A stretch of DNA of 64,000 nucleotides from Gemmatimonadota bacterium (lineage in GTDB: Bacteria; Gemmatimonadota; Gemmatimonadetes; Gemmatimonadales; GWC2-71-9). This document shows positions 36,758-47,576 of this stretch, piece by piece; within the stretch, counting starts at the first letter, position 1, and every line of letters begins with the position of its first letter. A program made the translations under genes and the position numbers. Under the pieces are notes generated by a model. The model was not told where the DNA came from and did no database searches. It worked only from the letters and a program-made list of their open reading frames with translations. The DNA lies in the NCBI GenBank assembly GCA_036679605.1, contig JAZDCZ010000398.1, positions 88,141 to 152,140 of the forward strand, in the 5' to 3' direction.

Positions 36758-37580
36758 CTTCGTTCTTTCGCTTGTTGCGTGTTTCGTGTACCAACGACGG
36801 GCCAGCCGATTCCTGTGGTTCTCCGCCGTCGTATTCGCCCCGGTCGAGAAACCCGACTGCCGCTGTACGAACGAAGCCGTAGGTAACGTATGCAATGCCG
36901 AGCGGGAAGAAAAATATGTCGCGTGACCAGATACCAAAGCCTAGGATCGACAAGTAGATGGCAAGTCCCAGCAGGCCGCTAGATGTACGGTATCCGATGC
37001 GGGGAAGCCGGGCGTACTTGACTTGGCTTACCATCGCCAAGCTGAGCGTGATAGTGAGGAATACCAGGATCTGAGGCCACGGTAGTCCACTGAGTTGCGT
37101 CTGGTAGAATGAGGTTTGCGTGAAGGGATAGTAGGTTGCGAGAGTGATCCCAGCAGCGGGGGAGGGCAAGCCTACAAACGTTGCCCTACCTTCAGATTCG
37201 GGCTGCAAGTTGTAACGGGCCAGGCGGAGAGCAACACATACGATAAACGCGTACGAGAAGACCCAAGCGAACTGGCCCTGTGACGAGAATTGTACCATGT
37301 AGATCAAGATCGCCGGCGCGACACCAAAGCTTATGATATCCACCAGCGAGTCCAGCTCCGCTCCGAACTTGGTCTCCGTCTGGCTCATTCGTGCAAACAG
37401 GCCATCCACGGTATCGAGAAGTCCGGCGATCACGATCCACCAACCAGCGCGATAGAAATTCCCCTGCGTGGCCAGAATGATCGCCCAGATACCGAAAAAG
37501 AGATTTGCCAGTGTAAACAGGCTTGGAACGACCACAACTACCCGCCGTACTCTTGCTCTTCCGTGGGTCGATTTTCTCAT
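36744..37580 (-). CDS. pssA: CDP-diacylglycerol--serine O-phosphatidyltransferase
   Basis: PSLFTLANLFFG, DGLFAR...GAELDSLVD, LRLARYN. Confidence 0.92.
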   Translation of the reverse strand: MRKSTHGRARVRRVVVVVPSLFTLANLFFGIWAIILATQGNFYRAGWWIVIAGLLDTVDGLFARMSQTETKFGAELDSLVDIISFGVAPAILIYMVQFSSQGQFAWVFSYAFIVCVALRLARYNLQPESEGRATFVGLPSPAAGITLATYYPFTQTSFYQTQLSGLPWPQILVFLTITLSLAMVSQVKYARLPRIGYRTSSGLLGLAIYLSILGFGIWSRDIFFFPLGIAYVTYGFVRTAAVGFLDRGEYDGGEPQESAGPSLVHETRNKRKNEDGTV

Positions 37581-38227
37581 GACGGCCACCTTCCGATCAC
37601 CGTGATTCCTGCCTTGGTCTTGTCTCCCACGCGGATAGAAACCTGTGCGTCGAGTGGCAAGAACGTGTCAACTCGCGATCCGAACCTGATGAGCCCCAAC
37701 CTATCACCTTGGCATGCGGCTGTCCCGACCTCCGCATCGGTGACTATGCGTCGGGCTACGAGGCCGGCGATTTGTCTCACGAGTACAGGTCCGCGAACGG
37801 TGCGCAAACCCAACGACATCTGTTCGTTGTCGACGCTGGCCTTGTCGAGTGACGCATTGACAAAGCTTCCGGGCCGATAGTGACGATATTCGATAGTGCC
37901 GTCCACCGGGTAGCGATTGACATGTACGTTGCAAACGTTCATGAAGACCGATATTTTTCGGGCCTTACCCCGGAGAAAGTCAGGTTCGTCCACCTCAGCC
38001 ACGCTCACGATACGACCGTCAGCCGGCGCCACAACCAGATCCGCTCCTCTTGGACCGTTGCGCACCGGGTCTCGGAAAAACCAGGGAACCCAAAGTGCGA
38101 TCGGTGCCCACAGTACTGGCAACGTAACCCACCATCGTCCCCCCGCCAGCCAAGCAATGGCGATGGCTATCGCCATCACTGCCCATCCAATTGCTATGAA
38201 CGGCTTGCCCTCGGGGGCTACTCTCAC
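37577..38227 (-). CDS. psd: Phosphatidylserine decarboxylase proenzyme
   Basis: FFRDP, APADG, NVHVNR, FGSRVD. Confidence 0.93.
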   Translation of the reverse strand: MRVAPEGKPFIAIGWAVMAIAIAIAWLAGGRWWVTLPVLWAPIALWVPWFFRDPVRNGPRGADLVVAPADGRIVSVAEVDEPDFLRGKARKISVFMNVCNVHVNRYPVDGTIEYRHYRPGSFVNASLDKASVDNEQMSLGLRTVRGPVLVRQIAGLVARRIVTDAEVGTAACQGDRLGLIRFGSRVDTFLPLDAQVSIRVGDKTKAGITVIGRWPS

Positions 38228-39150
38228 GAAGGGCTGCTCAGCGTCTGTCCAGTGATACGCATGTACGCGTCCCGATAACGAGCACTCGTTGCACTCACTA
38301 CCTCAGGCGGCAGTGGCGGGGGCGGAGAGTCTCCGTTCCACTCTCCTGAGGATTCGAGCGCGCTCAAGTAATCGCGTAATGGCTGCTTGTCAAAGCTCGG
38401 TTGCGGAGAACCCGGGCAGTACGTGTCTGCCGGCCAGAACCTCGAGGAATCTGGGGTCAGCAGTTCGTCAATCAGGATGAGGTCTCCGGATGGCAGCAAC
38501 CCGAACTCGAACTTGGTGTCCGCGATAATGATACCTGATTCTGCTGCGCGTTCCCTGCCACTCGAGTACAAAGCAAGGCTCACGTCCCGCAGTTGATCGG
38601 CAAGTTTTTCTCCAAGCTCTGCCTTCAATCGTCCGAACACGACGTTCTCATCGTGACCCTCTTGGGCTTTCGTTGCCGGCGAAAAGATAGGCTTATCGAA
38701 CCGGGCACTCTCGGTGAGACCGGCGGGTAAGGCCTCACCGGCCAATGTCCCATGCTTCCGGTATTCCTTCCACGCTGAGCCTGCCAAGTATCCTCTGACG
38801 ACGCATTCGAATAAGACTGGTTCTGTTCTGCGGACCAGGCACGATCGATCTATGATTTGGTCCATGTGGCCGGCAAGCTCCGGGACCTTAGCTACTATCT
38901 CGTGTGTGTCGGCGGTGATAAAGTGATTGGGCACGACGTCTGCCAGCAGCTGAAACCAAAACGCGCTCATCTGTGTGAGCACCATCCCTTTTGAAGGAAT
39001 CGGCTCGTCCAACACAACGTCGAACGCACTCACTCGATCGCTGGTTACCAACAACAACGTTTGGTCGTCTACCTCGTATACCTCTCGGACCTTTCCCTGT
39101 GTCAGTAGTGGGAGCGGCAACCGGCTCTCGGTGACTGGCGCGGTGGTCAC
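38224..39150 (-). CDS. purC: SAICAR synthase
   Basis: GKVRE, DRVSAFD, ADTKFEFG, TPDSSRFW. Confidence 0.97.
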   Translation of the reverse strand: MTTAPVTESRLPLPLLTQGKVREVYEVDDQTLLLVTSDRVSAFDVVLDEPIPSKGMVLTQMSAFWFQLLADVVPNHFITADTHEIVAKVPELAGHMDQIIDRSCLVRRTEPVLFECVVRGYLAGSAWKEYRKHGTLAGEALPAGLTESARFDKPIFSPATKAQEGHDENVVFGRLKAELGEKLADQLRDVSLALYSSGRERAAESGIIIADTKFEFGLLPSGDLILIDELLTPDSSRFWPADTYCPGSPQPSFDKQPLRDYLSALESSGEWNGDSPPPPLPPEVVSATSARYRDAYMRITGQTLSSPS

Positions 39151-40586
39151 AATGTTACCGCCGCTTCATCAGGGGCTTCGTAGGAAGACATTGACGTGAG
39201 CAGATCGGCCAAAGGTCCTTCCACGAATTCTAATACCTGTTCCGGGGCACGTCCGATGTAGTGTTCAGGGTCGAGGTCGGCGCGGAGAGACGTGGCGTCG
39301 ACGCTCTCGAACGCGGGGTCGGCGGACAGTCTTTCGAGCAAGTCGTTCTCTGCGCCGCTGGCCATTGCAGTTGAGACCTCACTGCTATGCTTGCGGATTA
39401 CCTCATGCAGAGCCTGCCGGTCGCCACCCGCTTCGACACCTCGCATGAGCCACCGTTCGGAAGCCATGAAAGGCATGACGCGATTCACGTTCCGAGCCAC
39501 TACGTCTCGCCTCACCTCCAGGCCAGCAGCGACGTTCGTGCACAACACGAGCACGGCGTCTGCCGAGAGGAACCCTTCTGGCAAGGTCATTCTTCGGTTT
39601 GCGCTGTCATCCAGGGTGCGTTCCAGCCATTGGGTCGCGGCGGTCGCTGCGGTGTTAGCTGTTAGCGTCATCACGTGGCGTGAGAGACCCGAAATTCGTT
39701 CGGCACGCATGGGATTGCGTTTGTAGGGCATAGCGCTCGATCCTACCTGCTCCCGTTCGGCTGGCTCGAGTACCTCGTCCTCATGTTGCAGCAGTCTCAG
39801 ATCGTTGGCAAATTTGGAGGCCGACTGAGCAATTCCGCTGAGGATACCAAGCACATTGCTGTCGAGCTTCCTCGTGTAAGTCTGCCCACTGATGTCTATG
39901 CACCGTCCGAACCCTAGAGTCTGTGCAACTGCAGTATCCAGCTCCTGCACCTTGTCGTGATCGCCATGAAACAGATCCAGGTAACTGGCCTGCGTTCCGG
40001 TCGTCCCCTTGCATCCTCGCAGCGGTAACGTATCGGCAAGGTCGTGCACGGCACTGGTGTCCAAGAAAAAATCCTGCAGCCAGAGAGCAGCGCGTTTACC
40101 TACTGTTGTAAGTTGGGCGGGCTGAAAGTGCGTGTACGCCACCGTCGGGATATTGCGGGTCTCAATTGCAAACGCTGACAGAGCCTTTAGCACCGCAACC
40201 AGCCGGCCAAGGAGCAGTCGCAAGGCATCACGCATGATTATCAGATCGGCGTTGTCCGTCACGAAGGCACTGGTTGCGCCCAGATGAATAAAGGGCCGCG
40301 CAGCCGGAGCTTGGTCGGCGAACGCGTGAATGTGTGCCATGACGTCATGGCGAAAGCGGTGCTCGTAATGCAGCACTTGCTCTAGGTCAGCATCGAGCAA
40401 ATGAGCCTGCATTTCTGCGATGGCCTCGTCAGGGATGTTGAGACCGAGACGCTGCTGATGCTGGGCAAGCGTGAGCCAGATCTTTCTCCAGATGTGCGCC
40501 CGGTGCCCCGGACTCCAAAGGCGCTGCATGGCAGGTGACGCATAGCGTGAACCCAGGGGGGATTGGTAGTTCGATGAATCGCTCAT
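39147..40586 (-). CDS. purB: Adenylosuccinate lyase
   Basis: RHDVMAH, GSSAMPYKRNP. Confidence 0.96.
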   Translation of the reverse strand: MSDSSNYQSPLGSRYASPAMQRLWSPGHRAHIWRKIWLTLAQHQQRLGLNIPDEAIAEMQAHLLDADLEQVLHYEHRFRHDVMAHIHAFADQAPAARPFIHLGATSAFVTDNADLIIMRDALRLLLGRLVAVLKALSAFAIETRNIPTVAYTHFQPAQLTTVGKRAALWLQDFFLDTSAVHDLADTLPLRGCKGTTGTQASYLDLFHGDHDKVQELDTAVAQTLGFGRCIDISGQTYTRKLDSNVLGILSGIAQSASKFANDLRLLQHEDEVLEPAEREQVGSSAMPYKRNPMRAERISGLSRHVMTLTANTAATAATQWLERTLDDSANRRMTLPEGFLSADAVLVLCTNVAAGLEVRRDVVARNVNRVMPFMASERWLMRGVEAGGDRQALHEVIRKHSSEVSTAMASGAENDLLERLSADPAFESVDATSLRADLDPEHYIGRAPEQVLEFVEGPLADLLTSMSSYEAPDEAAVTL

Positions 40587-40602
40587 CGCCCGATGTGTTT
40601 CC

Positions 40603-41271
40603 TCAAGCGTTGACTTTGGTGCGGGCGATGAGCTTGCTCCAATCGTTCAAGAACTGATCAAGCCCGCGGTCGGTAAGCGGATGCAGCAACAGTCGCTTCA
40701 GCGTTGCGGTCGGTATCGTTGCTATGTCGGCACCGATCAACGCCGCTTCTGCGACATGCCGAGGGTGTCTGACGGAGGCCGCCAGGATCTCGGTTTCCAG
40801 TCTGTAGTTGTCAAAGATTTGGCGGGATTCACGGATTACTTCCATCCCGTCCTGTCCTACGTCGTCGATACGGCCTACGAAGGGTGAGACGTAGGTCGCA
40901 CCGGCCTTGGCGGCGATGAGGCATTGGACCGAGCTGAAACACAGAGTGACGTTGACCTTGATTCCTTCGGCGCGGAGCTTCCGAAGCGCGATCATCCCGT
41001 CTTCAAGCATCGGGACCTTCACCACAATCTTATCGTCGATCCGTGCGAGTTTGCGACCCTCTTCGTACATGCCGGCTGCGTCCACCGCGACCACTTCGGC
41101 ACTCACGGGCCCGTCGATCAGAGAGCAGATCTCCTTCAGCACGTCATTTGGCTCGATATCACCCACGTCTCTGTGCAGGAGACTCGGATTTGTGGTGACG
41201 CCGTCGATCAGACCGGCCTGGGCAGCCCAGCGGATGTCCGCTAGGTCGGCGGTGTCAAGAAAGAACTTCAT
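40603..41271 (-). CDS. fsa: Transaldolase / fructose-6-phosphate aldolase family
   Basis: FFLDTA, GVTTNPS, VVKVP, YVSPFVGR. Confidence 0.9.
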   Translation of the reverse strand: MKFFLDTADLADIRWAAQAGLIDGVTTNPSLLHRDVGDIEPNDVLKEICSLIDGPVSAEVVAVDAAGMYEEGRKLARIDDKIVVKVPMLEDGMIALRKLRAEGIKVNVTLCFSSVQCLIAAKAGATYVSPFVGRIDDVGQDGMEVIRESRQIFDNYRLETEILAASVRHPRHVAEAALIGADIATIPTATLKRLLLHPLTDRGLDQFLNDWSKLIARTKVNA

Positions 41272-42047
41272 CAGTCTAGAACCTCGTTTTCTAGTTGAGA
41301 GTATCGAGCGCCAAGGAGGTAAAGGCCTTGCGGCGGTGCCGGCGGACTCGTCTCAGAATTGTCTGGCCTTTCCAGAAGTCGCGAAACGTCTTCGAGTGGG
41401 CGTCTACCGATCCCAACGTCCACCATTGTGCCAACCATGAACCGTACCATTCGGTGTAGGAAACGGTCTGCTTCCACGGTAAAGATAAAACCTTCCGCGT
41501 CGTTCCGCTCTCGCCATTCCGCGAGGGCTACGCGGCAGCGATAATGCGGCTTTTCCTGGCCAACCGCCGAGTAGGGTCGAAAGTCATGCTCCCCTAGAAA
41601 CGGGGCGGCCGCATGGTGGAGGAGGGTTCGATCAAGATCGTGAGTCAATGCCCACTCGAACGGTCTGCGGAACGGTGAGTGAGCGGCTGCGTCGCAGCCG
41701 ACCACGTAACGATATCGTCGGGCGGTCGCGTCCCGCCGGGCGTTGAAGCCCGTGGGTGCTCGATCGACCTTGGCGACCCAAATATCGTGTGGCAGGATGG
41801 CTCTAAGAGCCCGCAGCAATTCGTCGGGGGACCAGCGAGCCGCCATTTCGAAACTCACCACCTGACCCAATGCATGCACTCCGGTGTCAGTGCGGCCTGC
41901 GGCGTAGGTTGCGACTCGTCGTCCGACCAATCGCTCGAGCGCCGCGTCGAACTCTCCCTGTACGGTTCGCGCAGAGGCCTGACGCTGCCAGCCGGAGAAA
42001 GCTTGGCCGACGAAATGGAGAACGGCGTAGGTGGTGACACCCGGCAT
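41271..42047 (-). CDS. truA: tRNA pseudouridine(38-40) synthase
   Basis: GWQRQ, AGRTDTGVHA, FLHRMVR. Confidence 0.95.
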   Translation of the reverse strand: MPGVTTYAVLHFVGQAFSGWQRQASARTVQGEFDAALERLVGRRVATYAAGRTDTGVHALGQVVSFEMAARWSPDELLRALRAILPHDIWVAKVDRAPTGFNARRDATARRYRYVVGCDAAAHSPFRRPFEWALTHDLDRTLLHHAAAPFLGEHDFRPYSAVGQEKPHYRCRVALAEWRERNDAEGFIFTVEADRFLHRMVRFMVGTMVDVGIGRRPLEDVSRLLERPDNSETSPPAPPQGLYLLGARYSQLENEVLD

Positions 42048-42172
42048 TAGCGGCAAGGTAGGTGGAGCGGGGGCGGCGGGCAAGCCGCAGCGATCGGGGC
42101 GTTGACAACCTCCACGTCCCGACCGAGTGTACCTGTCTTACTTCCCGTCTCAACCCGATTCCGAAGAGTCTG

Positions 42173-43225
42173 ATGAACGAAGCTGGAAACCAGAGTCCTG
42201 TAGCAGCGGCGCTCAGACGGTTAGCTGCCGGAGAACAGGTCGATGCAGAGCTGGCGGCGGCTGCGTTCGGACAACTAATGAGGGGCGAAGCGTCCGAGAT
42301 CGAAAGCGCCGGGCTCCTTAGTGGCCTAAGGGCGCGAGGCGAGACAGTAGACGAGGTGACAGGCGCCGTAAGGGCCGTACGGACCGCGATGATAACTGTC
42401 GAGACTCCAGACGGCGTGGATGTGATCGACACGTGCGGCACTGGTGGTGGAACTGTCCCGACCTTCAATATCTCAACTGTGGCGGCGTTGGTGGCGGTCG
42501 GGGCAGGGGCTTCGGTGGCGAAGCACGGTAACCGCTCCTACACCTCGAAGTGTGGATCTGCCGACGTGCTCGAGGCTCTGGGGATAGAGATTTCGGTCGA
42601 CGCCTCTCGGGCGGCCCAGCTGCTGGAGCGGGTCGGGATGGCCTTTCTGTTCGCCCCGGCCTTCCACCCGGCGATGCGTCACCTCGGCCCGGTGAGGAAG
42701 CAACTCGGTATTCCAACGGTCATGAACATGATTGGGCCGCTGGCGAACCCCGCGGGCGTCGGTCGCCAGGTCGTAGGAGTAGCAGATGCTGCGCGAGCGC
42801 CAATCCTCGCCGAGGTCTTGAGGCGGGTTGGCTCGCAGCACGCGTTGGTCGTCCACGGAACTGTCGGTATGGACGAGATCGCACCTCAGGGCACAACGGA
42901 CGTGTGGGAGGTCCGTGCGGGCGAGTTGTCTACCTGGATAATCGATCCGGCTGAGTTCGGGCTCGTGGCGGATCTGGACCGATTGGCGGGTGGCTTGCCT
43001 GCCGAGAACGCAGCTAGGGTGGAGCTGCTGTTGAGTGATCCGGAGCAGGATCGCGCCGGACGGGCCGCCGTGCTCTTGAACGCCGGCGCAGCACTGTATG
43101 TGGCGGGTCTGGCGGACGACTTGCCGATGGCCATGGAGAAGGCTGCGAAAGCGCTGGACGGCGGGGCCGGCTTGGCGGCGCTGAATCGACTACGCGACGA
43201 AAGCGCTACTAGTACTTCCGAATAA
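42173..43225 (+). CDS. trpD: Anthranilate phosphoribosyltransferase
   Basis: DTCGTGG, FNIST, KHGNRS, GSADVLEALG. Confidence 0.96.
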   Translation: MNEAGNQSPVAAALRRLAAGEQVDAELAAAAFGQLMRGEASEIESAGLLSGLRARGETVDEVTGAVRAVRTAMITVETPDGVDVIDTCGTGGGTVPTFNISTVAALVAVGAGASVAKHGNRSYTSKCGSADVLEALGIEISVDASRAAQLLERVGMAFLFAPAFHPAMRHLGPVRKQLGIPTVMNMIGPLANPAGVGRQVVGVADAARAPILAEVLRRVGSQHALVVHGTVGMDEIAPQGTTDVWEVRAGELSTWIIDPAEFGLVADLDRLAGGLPAENAARVELLLSDPEQDRAGRAAVLLNAGAALYVAGLADDLPMAMEKAAKALDGGAGLAALNRLRDESATSTSE

Positions 43226-43817
43226 CTCCAACAACCACGCCCTGAATCAGAACATCTTCTTCGTGAGCCCGGATAGGAGCCATTGCCTCGTTTGCCGGCT
43301 GTAAACGAATCCAGCCCCCGGCTTCCCGATAATAGCGTTTGACGGTAGCGGAGTCGCCATCGATGAGTGCGATCACCATCTCGCCGTTGTTAGCCGTTTG
43401 TCGACTGTTGACGACTACGTAGTCTCCGTCGGTGATGTGCTCGTCGATCATGGAATTGCCTGTCACTCGAAGTGCGTAGGCATTGCCGCGGCGTGGCAGA
43501 ATGTCTTGTGGAACTGAGATGGTTTCGGGTGTGGTGATTGCCTCTATGGGTACGCCGGCGGCGACCTGTCCGAGCAGCGGGAGTTCGACTGCCGCCGCAT
43601 AGCCTGGCTTTGGTGTCAATTCAATGGCGCGGCTCTCGTTGTGAGCCCTGTTGATATAGCCCTTGCGTTCTAGATTGGTTAAATGTTCGTGGACAGTAGC
43701 CAGCGAGCTGAATTGGAAGTGACCTGCGATCTCCTCGAACGAAGGCGCGTACCCTTGCTCCCTGATGTAGGTTTCTAGATAGTCGAGGATTTGTTTCTGG
43801 CGTCGAGTCAGCGTCAT
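43209..43817 (-). CDS. lexA: SOS repressor LexA
   Basis: LTRRQ..APSFEEI, VAAG cleavage site, GNSM, TVKR. Confidence 0.96.
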   Translation of the reverse strand: MTLTRRQKQILDYLETYIREQGYAPSFEEIAGHFQFSSLATVHEHLTNLERKGYINRAHNESRAIELTPKPGYAAAVELPLLGQVAAGVPIEAITTPETISVPQDILPRRGNAYALRVTGNSMIDEHITDGDYVVVNSRQTANNGEMVIALIDGDSATVKRYYREAGGWIRLQPANEAMAPIRAHEEDVLIQGVVVGVIRKY

Positions 43818-43840
43818 CGTAAGCTCCACCGGTCTTGTGA

Positions 43841-43882
43841 CCGAATAAAATCCGAATATAATATACCCGAAGACACCCCGAA
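43841..43882. promoter_or_regulatory. Candidate LexA operators, two CCGAA-N6-CCGAA direct repeats
   Basis: ccgaa at 43841, 43852, 43867 and 43878, just upstream of lexA. Confidence 0.6.
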
Positions 43883-43907
43883 TCGCAAACTGACGCCATT
43901 GCATCCG

Positions 43908-44690
43908 ATGCTAGTGACCATTCTAGCCGCGACTCGCGAGCGACTCCCGGCTCTGAGACAGAGATCTCTCGAGATAGAGGCGGCCGCAGGCAACTCACCC
44001 GATCCGGTAGACTGGGAAACCGTGTTCCGGGGAAGCGAGGTAACGGTGATCGCAGAGGTGAAGCGCCGCTCTCCGTCGGCGGGCGCCATCGCCGAGGATC
44101 TGGATCCCGTGGCACACGCGCGGTCGTATGAATCCGGAGGAGCCGGAGCGATCTCGGTTCTGACCGACTTTGAATTTTTCGGAGGATCGCTGGAGGACCT
44201 CGAGCAGGTTCGGGCCAGTGTGAGCGTTCCAGTTCTTAGAAAAGACTTCATCCTCGATCCGGTTCAGGTGTACGAGTCACGCGCGGCTGGGGCCAGCGCA
44301 GTGCTGCTAATCGTACGGGCTCTGGATCAAAATGAGTTGGCCGATCTGTCACAGTTGGCAAAGGAGTTGGGTTTGGGGGTATTGGTTGAGGTGCATTCGC
44401 AATCGGAATTGGATGCCGCCCTCCGAGTTGAACCGACGAGCATCGGTGTCAACAGTCGAGACTTGATGACGTTCCACGTGGACGTCGAGTCGACACAAGC
44501 CGTGTTGCGAGCGATCCCCGGCGAAATCTCTGCTGTTGCTGAGAGCGGTCTCAATAGTCGCGCCGACGTAGAGCGAGTGGCAGAATGGGGAGTGGACGCT
44601 GTGTTGGTGGGCACTGCGTTGGTGGGCGCATCGAATCCTGCAGCCGCGGTTGCAGAGCTAGGAGGAGTGCTACGTCGTGACCGGAATTGA
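43908..44690 (+). CDS. trpC: Indole-3-glycerol phosphate synthase
   Basis: [26 protein letters not shown]; start uncertain. Confidence 0.95.
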   Translation: MLVTILAATRERLPALRQRSLEIEAAAGNSPDPVDWETVFRGSEVTVIAEVKRRSPSAGAIAEDLDPVAHARSYESGGAGAISVLTDFEFFGGSLEDLEQVRASVSVPVLRKDFILDPVQVYESRAAGASAVLLIVRALDQNELADLSQLAKELGLGVLVEVHSQSELDAALRVEPTSIGVNSRDLMTFHVDVESTQAVLRAIPGEISAVAESGLNSRADVERVAEWGVDAVLVGTALVGASNPAAAVAELGGVLRRDRN

Positions 44691-45864
44691 GACCCAGAGA
44701 TCGGGTCGCTTCGGGCCCTACGGAGGACGCTATGTACCCGAAACTCTGATAGCCGCACTCGATGAACTGACACGCGTATACGATGAGGCTCGGACGGATC
44801 CGGCGTTCGAACAGGAGTTGACCGGGTTGCTGAAGGATTATGTCGGGCGGCCGACTCCATTGAGTGAAGCACCGAGGTTGTCGCAAGAGATCGGTGCGCG
44901 GGTCCTTCTCAAGAGGGAAGACCTCAATCATACCGGTGCACACAAGATCAACAACACAATGGGACAAATCCTACTGGCGCTGCGGATGGGGAAGAAACGA
45001 ATCATCGCGGAGACAGGTGCCGGCCAGCATGGAGTTGCGACGGCCACCGCTTGTGCGCGGTTTGGCCTGGAGTGCGTGGTCTACATGGGCGACGAGGACA
45101 TGGCGAGGCAGCGTCTCAATGTCTTCCGGATGGAATTGATGGGAGCCAAGGTTGTGCCGGTTTCCTCGGGCACACGAACTCTCAAGGACGCGACCAACGA
45201 GGCGCTGCGCGATTGGGTGACGAACGTGGATACGACCCACTATGTGATCGGTTCAGTCGTGGGCCCAGACCCATTTCCGAGGCTCGTCCGCGATTTCCAG
45301 ACCATAATTGGAGTGGAGGCAAGGAGACAGGTTTTGGAGAGGATCGACCGGCTACCAGATGTGGTTGTGGCCTGCGTCGGTGGCGGTTCCAATGCGATCG
45401 GAATATTTGCCGGATTTCTCGACGATGCCGATGTCCGTCTGGTGGGTGTGGAGGCCGCGGGTCAAGGGCTCGAGAGCGGACGCCACGCGGCAACCCTTGC
45501 CCAAGGCAGATCGGGCGTGCTGCATGGCAGCATGAGCTATCTGCTACAGGATGACGACGGTCAGGTGAAGCCGGCCCACTCGGTCTCTGCAGGCCTTGAC
45601 TATCCGGGTGTAGGCCCCGAACATGCCTATCTCAAGGACACTGGCCGCGTAAGTTACGTGGCTGTCACCGACGAGCAGGCCATAGACAGTTTCTATCTGC
45701 TCGGAAAACTCGAAGGCATTTTGCCCGCTTTGGAAAGTGCACACGGTTTGGCGTGGATCATGGGTGCGCAGTGGAAGGCGTCGGATGTAGTGTTGCTAAA
45801 CCTCAGCGGACGTGGAGACAAGGACGTTGCACACGTTGCGGAGATGAGGGCTGAGATCTCTTGA
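44677..45864 (+). CDS. trpB: Tryptophan synthase beta subunit
   Basis: [34 protein letters not shown]. Confidence 0.98.
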   Translation: MTGIETQRSGRFGPYGGRYVPETLIAALDELTRVYDEARTDPAFEQELTGLLKDYVGRPTPLSEAPRLSQEIGARVLLKREDLNHTGAHKINNTMGQILLALRMGKKRIIAETGAGQHGVATATACARFGLECVVYMGDEDMARQRLNVFRMELMGAKVVPVSSGTRTLKDATNEALRDWVTNVDTTHYVIGSVVGPDPFPRLVRDFQTIIGVEARRQVLERIDRLPDVVVACVGGGSNAIGIFAGFLDDADVRLVGVEAAGQGLESGRHAATLAQGRSGVLHGSMSYLLQDDDGQVKPAHSVSAGLDYPGVGPEHAYLKDTGRVSYVAVTDEQAIDSFYLLGKLEGILPALESAHGLAWIMGAQWKASDVVLLNLSGRGDKDVAHVAEMRAEIS

Positions 45865-47576
45865 CGGAACCGACCACTCCTGACGCAGTTCAGGATACCG
45901 CTGCTGTAGAGAACTTGATGCAAGTTCTCATAAAGGGCATGCGCGCTCTTCAGCTCTATCTTCCGAACAATCCCATCTACCAAAAGGCGCGCGATAACAT
46001 CAAGGGTGGTTTTGAGCCGGTGTGGGAGGAGTGCTCTGAACTCGAACTCCGGATCAATGAATCCGATTTCATTTGGGATGACGCAGTAGTGCTGTCTCAG
46101 CCCAGCAGATCCGACAGCGTGGCCTGGGTGCTTTATAAGGATGGAGTTCGTTCGATTACACTCTCGCCGGGCGTCGAGGACGAAGAGATAGTGCGTTTTT
46201 TGGATATGATTCACAAGGCGCGCAACCTTCCTGCGGAGGCCTCGGACGATCTGCTCACGTTGCTGTGGGAGCAGGACTTTCAGTTCGTGCGCTACGATTC
46301 AATCGAGTTGGGCGAAGACGATGTAGCTCCTTTGGAGCCGTCGGCATCTAGTTGGAGTACTTCGCCTCCCACCGAGGAGACGGTTCGAGAGCAGCTACAG
46401 GAGGATGTGGAGGAAGGGGAGGAAGGGGAGGCAGAGGAGCCAGCGAGCAGGGAATCCGGGATCGTCCGGATGGAGGATTTCGACAGCACGTTGTACTTCC
46501 TCGACGACGACGAGTTGAAGTACCTCAAGAACGAGATCGACAGGGAGTACAAGCAGGACCTGCGTGGCAACGTGCTCGCCATGCTGTTCGATCTTCTCGA
46601 ACTCCAGACATTTAGCACTGTCAGAGCAGAGCTAATTTCAATTGTGGACAACTTCGTCCCCTACCTTTTGGGAGTTGGAGATTTTAGGTCGGTGTCGTAC
46701 CTCCTGGCTGAGATACGCGTAGTGTTGGAACGGGCGCGGGAACTCGTGCCCGAGCAGAGACAGGAGCTGTTAGATCTGCCGGGCAAATTGTCTCAGCCGG
46801 ACGCCTTGAACCAACTACTCCAATCGCTCGACGAAGCAGTTGTGCATCCCACTGAAGATGAATTAGGCGGATTGTTCACCGAGCTTCGACCCGAGGCGAT
46901 CGAGGGCGTGCTCGAATGGATGCCAAGGCTTGAAAACGAACGAGTGCGTGGTTTGCTAGAGCATGCGGTGCGGCGACTTGCGCAAGCGCACCCTGACCAG
47001 GTGATAAAGACCCTCGAGTCGGGCGAGGACGTGGTACTGCTGGAGACGGTGCGCCTCGTGTCGAATATGAAACTGCCTCCTTTTGTGCCGTCCCTGGGAA
47101 AACTACTCACTCATGACGATGTCGAAGTTCGCCGGGCAGCTACCGAAGCTCTCTCGGCCATCGGCTCACCGGGCGCCATGAAGGAGCTGGAACGAGCCAT
47201 CGACGACGGAGACCGGGATGTGCGGATCGCGGCGGTGCGCGTCATGGCAGAGCGCGGGCATCGGAACGCATTGTCAAAAATCGAACAAGCAGTTAAGGGA
47301 AAAGCGCTCCGTCAGGCTGATCTCACTGAACGACAGGCGTTCTTCGAAGCGTACGGGGTGCTTGCAGGTCCTGCCGGGATTGAATCCCTGCGGCAGATGC
47401 TGGTAGGAAAGGGGTTGCTGCGTCGCAAGGAAGATCCCGAGACTCGTGCGTGTGCGGCGATGGCGCTTGGAAAGATCGGCACTCCGGAGGCGCACTCAGC
47501 GTTGCAGGCGCTAGGTGGAGAAAAGGATCCGCTTGTCAAGAACGCCATCAATCGGGCCTTGCGGGAGGTGGGATGA
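45861..47576 (+). CDS. HEAT-repeat protein
   Basis: C-terminal HEAT_2-like repeats ([26 protein letters not shown]); N-terminal LYLPNNP motif. Confidence 0.8.
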   Translation: MTEPTTPDAVQDTAAVENLMQVLIKGMRALQLYLPNNPIYQKARDNIKGGFEPVWEECSELELRINESDFIWDDAVVLSQPSRSDSVAWVLYKDGVRSITLSPGVEDEEIVRFLDMIHKARNLPAEASDDLLTLLWEQDFQFVRYDSIELGEDDVAPLEPSASSWSTSPPTEETVREQLQEDVEEGEEGEAEEPASRESGIVRMEDFDSTLYFLDDDELKYLKNEIDREYKQDLRGNVLAMLFDLLELQTFSTVRAELISIVDNFVPYLLGVGDFRSVSYLLAEIRVVLERARELVPEQRQELLDLPGKLSQPDALNQLLQSLDEAVVHPTEDELGGLFTELRPEAIEGVLEWMPRLENERVRGLLEHAVRRLAQAHPDQVIKTLESGEDVVLLETVRLVSNMKLPPFVPSLGKLLTHDDVEVRRAATEALSAIGSPGAMKELERAIDDGDRDVRIAAVRVMAERGHRNALSKIEQAVKGKALRQADLTERQAFFEAYGVLAGPAGIESLRQMLVGKGLLRRKEDPETRACAAMALGKIGTPEAHSALQALGGEKDPLVKNAINRALREVG

